Positions 59,648 to 64,000 of a stretch of DNA of 64,000 nucleotides are shown one piece after another (the stretch's first letter is position 1; every line of letters starts with the position of its first letter). The DNA comes from Chloroflexota bacterium (GTDB lineage: Bacteria; Chloroflexota; Dehalococcoidia; GIF9; AB-539-J10), in NCBI GenBank assembly GCA_034722275.1, contig JAYENW010000001.1:4418-68417 (forward strand), written 5' to 3'. Under the pieces are notes generated by a model. It saw only the letters and a list, made by a program, of their open reading frames with translations, was not told where the DNA came from and searched no databases. A program made the translations under genes and the position numbers.

Positions 59648-61954
59648 CTAGCCTGATTTTTCCTTGAGAGCTTTAAGGATTTTCTCTGGTGTTGCCGGCA
59701 GGTCCTTTATCCACACTCCGATGGCATCGTGGATGGCGTTGCCTATAGCTGGAGCGATGCCAACAAGGCCTGGCTCGCCAACCCCTTTAGCTCCGAAGGG
59801 GCCTTTAGGATCAGGCTTGTCAATAATTATTATTTTGGTATTCTCGGGCATATCCATGGTTCCCGGCATCTTGTAGGTAGTAAAGTTGTCGCTTTCCACA
59901 GCACCGGTATTCTTGTTAATGACATAATCCTCAGTTAAACCATAGCCTATGCCTTGTTGTACCCCTCCTTCGCATTGTCCTTCCACAGTCATTGGATTTA
60001 TCGCTTTACCACAGTCCACAGCCGTTATGAAGTTTAATACCTTCACCTCACCAGTCTCGGTATCCACTTCTACCTCAGCAAAATAAGCTGCTGTTGGTAT
60101 CGAATTATAATGAGAGGCCCAGGAGGATTTTCCTGATATGTTCAGAGATTCTCCCTTTAAATTCCAGATAGATTGAAAACATACGTCGGCCACAGAAGTC
60201 TTCTTTTCCGGGTTCGATTTCACATAAATTTGTCTGTCCTTGATATCTAAATCATCGGGTGATTCTGACAGCATCTTGCCTGCTCGCTCCAGAAGCTGCC
60301 TTTTAGCCTGTCGTGCTGCCTCCAGAACCGCGTTCCCGGTGACATAGGTTGACCGACTGGCATGGGAGCCAAGGTCGAACATGGTCTTATCTGTTTCACC
60401 GGTAACTATATAGATATCTTCAGCAGGAATTCCGAGTTCCTCAGCAGCAATTTGTGAGAGCGTGCCCCAGATATGAGTGCCAGGAGAACCTGGGTTTACC
60501 GTCAAGTCAGCCGTGCCATCCTCGTTAAACTTTATGAAGGCATTGGAGTGCTCTATGAGCAATGGCCAAGCACCACTGCAATGTGTCATAGTGGCCATGC
60601 CTACACCTCGTTTTAGTGTTCCTTTTCCACCTTTGTTCTTGCCCAGCTTTTCGTTCCAGCCTATAGCCTTGGCGCCCTCTCCAATACAGTCATCTATGTA
60701 GCTGCTCTCGATAGGAAGCCCCATATTAGCCATTTCACCAGTGTGCTTGGTATTCTTCAACCTGATTTCCACAGGGTCCATTCCTAGTTTTTCTGCTGCC
60801 ATATCCACCACCTCTTCCACACCCCACATTATCGCTGGATTTCCGAAACCTCGACCAGCGCCTGCCACTGTGGTATTGGTGTAGATAACATCACATGACC
60901 CATTCATATTGGGGCAATGGTAGTGTCCCAAAGCCCAGATAAGGGTGATGCCACCGGCCAACTGGGCACGGCTTAAGTAGCCTCCAGCCCAAGTTGTAAC
61001 ATCTACCGTCATGGCATTGAGTGTGCCATCTTCCTTAAAGCCCATCTTTACGGTGTAATAATGCGGCGTTCTGGTATCAATGGTGGTGAAGTCCTCTTCC
61101 TTAGAGTACACTAGCTTCACCGGCTTATGCACTTTCATCGCCAGCGCAATGCAAATAGGCTCGTTGTGACAGCTTAGTCGGCAGCCAAAGCTGCCGCCAA
61201 CAAAGGGATTAACCACATTTATCTTGCCCACGGGTATGTTGAACATCTTCCCCAGTTCCCTCCTGAAGGGATGGGCTAGCTGACAGGGACTGTAACAGGT
61301 CACCTTCCCGCTACTGTCAACGCTGGTGACACATGACTGCGTTTCCATCTGGCAAGCCACCTGTTTTGAGGCGAAAAATTTCTCCTCTACTACGACATCA
61401 GATTCGGTAAAGCCCTTTTCCACATTCCCTTTAACTAGAAAAGGAGGAGGAGTAAGATGCACTGCGATGTTATTCTTAGCGTAATCATGCATCAGAGGAG
61501 CACCGGGTTTCACGGCTTCGAAAGGGTCGAGCACGAAAGGCAATTGCTCATACTCCACTTCAATCAGGTCCAATGCTTCTTCAGCAGTTTTCTCATCCAC
61601 GGCTGCTACAGCAGCTATGGGATCCCCAACGTAGCGCGCTTTGTCAGCGAGAATATACTCATCAGCATGCTGCAGAGCCCCGCTGGGAGCCATAGGCATG
61701 TCACGAAAAGAACGGGCCCAGAGTATTTTAGGCGTGTCTTCTACTGTAATCACAGTAGCTACTCCTGAGAGTTTTTCGGCTTTGGATTTGTCTATTTTCT
61801 TGATTTTGGCATGAGGATAAGGGCTATGAAGCACTTTCCCCCAGAGCATTCCTGGTAATCTCACGTCGGGCACATATCTTGCCTCTCCCGTAGCTTTAAG
61901 CACCACATCTTTCTGGGTAATTCGTTTCCCTACACAAGTGAGTTCCTGGCTCAT
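59648..61954 (-). CDS. Xanthine dehydrogenase-family molybdopterin-binding large subunit (CoxL/HcrA-like; not a bona fide CO dehydrogenase)
   Basis: 768 aa; GGSFGCR Mo-cofactor loop, C-terminal QCEGGVQQGIGYGLTED; CODH active-site loop AYRCSFR/AYRGAGR absent. Confidence 0.85.
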   Translation of the reverse strand: MSQELTCVGKRITQKDVVLKATGEARYVPDVRLPGMLWGKVLHSPYPHAKIKKIDKSKAEKLSGVATVITVEDTPKILWARSFRDMPMAPSGALQHADEYILADKARYVGDPIAAVAAVDEKTAEEALDLIEVEYEQLPFVLDPFEAVKPGAPLMHDYAKNNIAVHLTPPPFLVKGNVEKGFTESDVVVEEKFFASKQVACQMETQSCVTSVDSSGKVTCYSPCQLAHPFRRELGKMFNIPVGKINVVNPFVGGSFGCRLSCHNEPICIALAMKVHKPVKLVYSKEEDFTTIDTRTPHYYTVKMGFKEDGTLNAMTVDVTTWAGGYLSRAQLAGGITLIWALGHYHCPNMNGSCDVIYTNTTVAGAGRGFGNPAIMWGVEEVVDMAAEKLGMDPVEIRLKNTKHTGEMANMGLPIESSYIDDCIGEGAKAIGWNEKLGKNKGGKGTLKRGVGMATMTHCSGAWPLLIEHSNAFIKFNEDGTADLTVNPGSPGTHIWGTLSQIAAEELGIPAEDIYIVTGETDKTMFDLGSHASRSTYVTGNAVLEAARQAKRQLLERAGKMLSESPDDLDIKDRQIYVKSNPEKKTSVADVCFQSIWNLKGESLNISGKSSWASHYNSIPTAAYFAEVEVDTETGEVKVLNFITAVDCGKAINPMTVEGQCEGGVQQGIGYGLTEDYVINKNTGAVESDNFTTYKMPGTMDMPENTKIIIIDKPDPKGPFGAKGVGEPGLVGIAPAIGNAIHDAIGVWIKDLPATPEKILKALKEKSG

Positions 61955-61955
61955 G

Positions 61956-62438
61956 TCATTTACCTCCTTCGTTCATTTCCTTGGCTGCGGCCAACACAGC
62001 GTCAATTATCTTGACATAGCCCGTACATCTACACAGATTACCGGCCAGGTATGCTTTGACCTCTTCCCTGGTGGGATTTGGGTTTTCATCTAGCAAGGCT
62101 TTGGCTGTAAGAATCATTCCTGGTGTGCAAAAGCCGCATTGTATAGCACCGTGTTCTATAAAAGCTTTTTGGATGGGGTGTAACTCGCCACCCTTGGCTA
62201 AACCCTCTATGGTGAGAATGTTCTTGTCTTTGGCGGTTATAGCTAGGGTACAGCAAGAGAGCATAGGTTTGCCCTCAATTAAGACGGTACAAGCCCCGCA
62301 TTCACCAGCTCCACAGCTGAATTTTGTCCCGGTAAGGTCCAGTTGCTCTCTCAAAACCTCATTCAACGTCATCTGTGGTTCTACGGCTACTTCGTATGGT
62401 GTACCATTTATGGTGAAATTTATGATTTCTTTTTTCAT
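61956..62438 (-). CDS. (2Fe-2S)-binding small subunit of XDH-family hydroxylase
   Basis: 160 aa, CGAGECGACTV and CGFCTPG/LCRCTGY motifs. Confidence 0.9.
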   Translation of the reverse strand: MKKEIINFTINGTPYEVAVEPQMTLNEVLREQLDLTGTKFSCGAGECGACTVLIEGKPMLSCCTLAITAKDKNILTIEGLAKGGELHPIQKAFIEHGAIQCGFCTPGMILTAKALLDENPNPTREEVKAYLAGNLCRCTGYVKIIDAVLAAAKEMNEGGK

Positions 62439-62454
62439 GATGCTACCTCCTTAC

Positions 62455-63327
62455 CTATGCCTTCGCTCTTTCCAGCGCTTTCTCTAATACGCGTTTCACC
62501 AACACTCTGGTTGTTTCCTTTCTATACTCGGCTGTTGAGCGAAGGTCAGTTATCGGCTTCGCCTCCCCCGCTGCCGTTTCAGCAGCCTTTTCGATCAGTT
62601 TCTGATCGAGCTTCTGTCCCTTTAGCATTCCCTCTGCTTTTTTAGCTCTGAATACCGTGGGAGCCACGGAGCCAACGGCTATCCGAACTTCTTTACAGGT
62701 GTCATCTGTTATGGTTAATGTTGCTGCCGCGTTAACCTTGGCGATATCAGCCACTGTTCTCACCAGCTTTAGAAATGCCCCGCCTGTTTTGGCTGGGAGT
62801 TTTGGCAACAATATTTCGGTTATTATTTCGTTTGTTTGCAAAACGGTTTGCCCCACTCCAGTATAAAAGTTCTCGATGGGCACTGTCTTCTCAACGGAAG
62901 GAGCAGCCACCCTAAATTTAGCATCTAAAACAAATAAAGCTGGTGCCACATCTGATGCCGGCGTAGCTACACACAAGTTACCTACAGCGGTACCCTGTGT
63001 CTTTACCTGGATTGAGGCTATGCTGTGGATGGCTTCACTTAGCACCATGTAGTTTTTCTTAACCAGTGGTGAAAGCTCTATAGAGCGCAGGGAAGATAAG
63101 GCGCCGATACTCAAGCCTTCGGCATTTTCCTTAATTGCATCCAGTCCTTTAATTTGTTGAATGTTTACCATATATTTTGGATGGATTTGACGTTTTCGCA
63201 TTCTGGGTACTAAATCCACACCAGCGGCATATGCCTTTGCTTTTGTGCCATATTTGGATAAAGTCTCCGTAGCCTCTTCTATGGTTTTTGGCTCAAAGTA
63301 CTCGAATGGTTTTAGTGTTCTAAACAT
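62455..63327 (-). CDS. FAD-binding medium subunit of XDH-family hydroxylase (CoxM-like)
   Basis: 290 aa, FAD_binding_5/CO_deh_flav_C pattern. Confidence 0.85.
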   Translation of the reverse strand: MFRTLKPFEYFEPKTIEEATETLSKYGTKAKAYAAGVDLVPRMRKRQIHPKYMVNIQQIKGLDAIKENAEGLSIGALSSLRSIELSPLVKKNYMVLSEAIHSIASIQVKTQGTAVGNLCVATPASDVAPALFVLDAKFRVAAPSVEKTVPIENFYTGVGQTVLQTNEIITEILLPKLPAKTGGAFLKLVRTVADIAKVNAAATLTITDDTCKEVRIAVGSVAPTVFRAKKAEGMLKGQKLDQKLIEKAAETAAGEAKPITDLRSTAEYRKETTRVLVKRVLEKALERAKA

Positions 63328-63631
63328 ATAAACCTCCTTCCATTGTAATTCTTTCTAGAAATAGTGCAAATAAGGATATAATGCGTTTCTCTTCTTCCCC
63401 CATGGCCTCCTTTCTTTTCCTTGATGTGGAGCAAAACAGCTTAATTCCCAGTATGCAGTTTAACATGATTTGGCAAATTCTCTCAAAGTCTCGCCCATGA
63501 TCCTATGCTTGGCTTAAAGGTAAGGTAGTCTATCATACTTTGGTAGATTTCATCAAGAAATCACGCTGGAGGTTCCCTCGCAAGGTTTGTCGACAGCACA
63601 GGAATCAAGAAAGGTATCTATAGCAGGAGCC

Positions 63632-63660
63632 TTGACATGTCATGAGCAAGTTTTTATAAT
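63632..63660 (+). promoter_or_regulatory. Consensus sigma70 promoter TTGACA-N17-TATAAT for phd/yefM operon
   Basis: TTGACA 63632-63637, exact 17-nt spacer, TATAAT 63655-63660; ATG 63697 with GGAG 6 nt upstream. Confidence 0.7.
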
Positions 63661-63663
63661 TTA

Positions 63664-63686
63664 TGTACATAAAAGTGTACATAAAT
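63664..63686 (+). promoter_or_regulatory. Operator: two direct copies of palindromic TGTACA core (aTGTACATaaa / gTGTACATaaa)
   Basis: ATGTACAT is self-complementary; TGTACATAAA repeated at 63665-63674 and 63677-63686, immediately downstream of the -10. Confidence 0.55.
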
Positions 63687-63696
63687 TGGAGAAAAA

Positions 63697-63960
63697 ATGT
63701 TAGGAGCAATTCCCATAACCCAAGCCAGGAAAAACTTCCTTCCCTCTATTGAAAAGGTTGCTGATGAACTACATAAGTTCGTGGTGACCAAGCATGGAAA
63801 GCCGGTGGCGGTTGTTTTAAGTTATGAAGAATATTCTCGTATGGTGGAGACGTTAAAGCTCTTGGAGAATGAGAAATTAACTCGAAAGGTGAGGCAGGGG
63901 CTGAGGCAAGTTGAGAGAGGCGAACTCATACCATTAAAGCATGTGAACCACAATGGCTAA
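63697..63960 (+). CDS. Type II antitoxin, Phd/YefM family
   Basis: 87 aa, ITQARKNFLPSIEKV...KHGKPVAVVLSYEEYSRMVETLKLLEN typical Phd/YefM fold. Confidence 0.8.
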   Translation: MLGAIPITQARKNFLPSIEKVADELHKFVVTKHGKPVAVVLSYEEYSRMVETLKLLENEKLTRKVRQGLRQVERGELIPLKHVNHNG

Positions 63961-64000
63961 ACTCTCGCTAAGCGCACAAGCTTACTCGAGATTGATAAAG
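63957..64000 (+). CDS. Start of cognate toxin gene (truncated by window end)
   Basis: ATG at 63957 overlapping antitoxin stop (ATGGCTAAACTCTCGCTAAGCGCACAAGC... = MAKLSLSAQAYSRLIK); family not determinable from 14 codons. Confidence 0.4.

Noticed and set aside
59648-63327. Call as aerobic CO dehydrogenase (coxMSL)
   Set aside because: Gene order matches cox. However, the CoxL active-site loop signatures (VAYRCSFR or AYRGAGR) are absent. I kept the call as a generic XDH-family hydroxylase.
1-64000. CRISPR arrays, IS/transposase genes, integrases, rRNA/tRNA genes
   Set aside because: No regularly spaced direct repeats were seen. No transposase, integrase or recombinase-like ORFs were seen. No rRNA-like conserved stretches were seen. 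Intergenic space is too small and lacks tRNA cloverleaf signatures.

Overview
This 64-kb window is a bacterial chromosomal segment that is almost entirely protein-coding, with a large majority of genes on the minus strand. I found no rRNA, no tRNA and no CRISPR array.

**Layout, 5' to 3'**
- A plus-strand housekeeping block at 1..4512: the 3' end of pdxS, an AAA/R3H ATPase, tmk, mnmA, rnhB and a YraN-like gene.
- A ribosomal/translation superoperon on the minus strand at 4509..24106. It runs str (rpsL-rpsG-fusA), then directly S10-spc-alpha, then truA-rplM-rpsI. It includes rpmJ, which I translated by hand because it is too short for the ORF track.
- A complete pantothenate module at 24304..27445: panC, panB, panD and a DUF2520 PanG-like reductase. 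A hairpin plus U-tract sits immediately upstream of it.
- surE, def, an MFS transporter, an orphan dnaN and rdgB.
- A sugar-phosphate block at 32752..37957: an archaeal-type FBP aldolase/phosphatase, DUF429, a COG2509 FAD protein, a LacD-family class I aldolase and pfkA.
- A small accessory stretch at 38086..41570: an alpha/beta hydrolase, a Zn-ribbon protein with DUF523, a TIGR04076-like gene, and a DRG-type GTPase with a TGS domain.

**The most system-like feature** is a tightly packed 17-gene, roughly 20-kb minus-strand cluster at 43046..63327. It joins five modules:
- an XDH-family Mo-hydroxylase in FAD/2Fe-2S/Mo (coxMSL-like) order;
- a split B12 methylmalonyl-CoA mutase with epimerase, a CoA-transferase and SucCD;
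- an atypical acyl-CoA dehydrogenase with EtfAB and FixCX;
- an unusual radical-SAM/PDZ protein;
- a hydantoinase/oxoprolinase A/B pair (ATP-dependent lactamase type).

I read this cluster as a candidate, apparently undescribed catabolic regulon. My hypothesis is that it hydroxylates and ring-opens an N-heterocycle or lactam and funnels the carbon to succinyl-CoA.

The window ends with a Phd/YefM antitoxin gene. It has a consensus sigma70 promoter and palindromic operator repeats, and the toxin gene is cut by the window edge.

Several ORF-track M residues are actually TTG or GTG starts. Where extended ORFs ran into the upstream gene I trimmed the start. Taxonomy is inference only. The operon organisation (no tuf after fusA, no L30, Z-type S14) and the archaeal-type FBPA/P suggest a Chloroflexi/Dehalococcoidia-like lineage.
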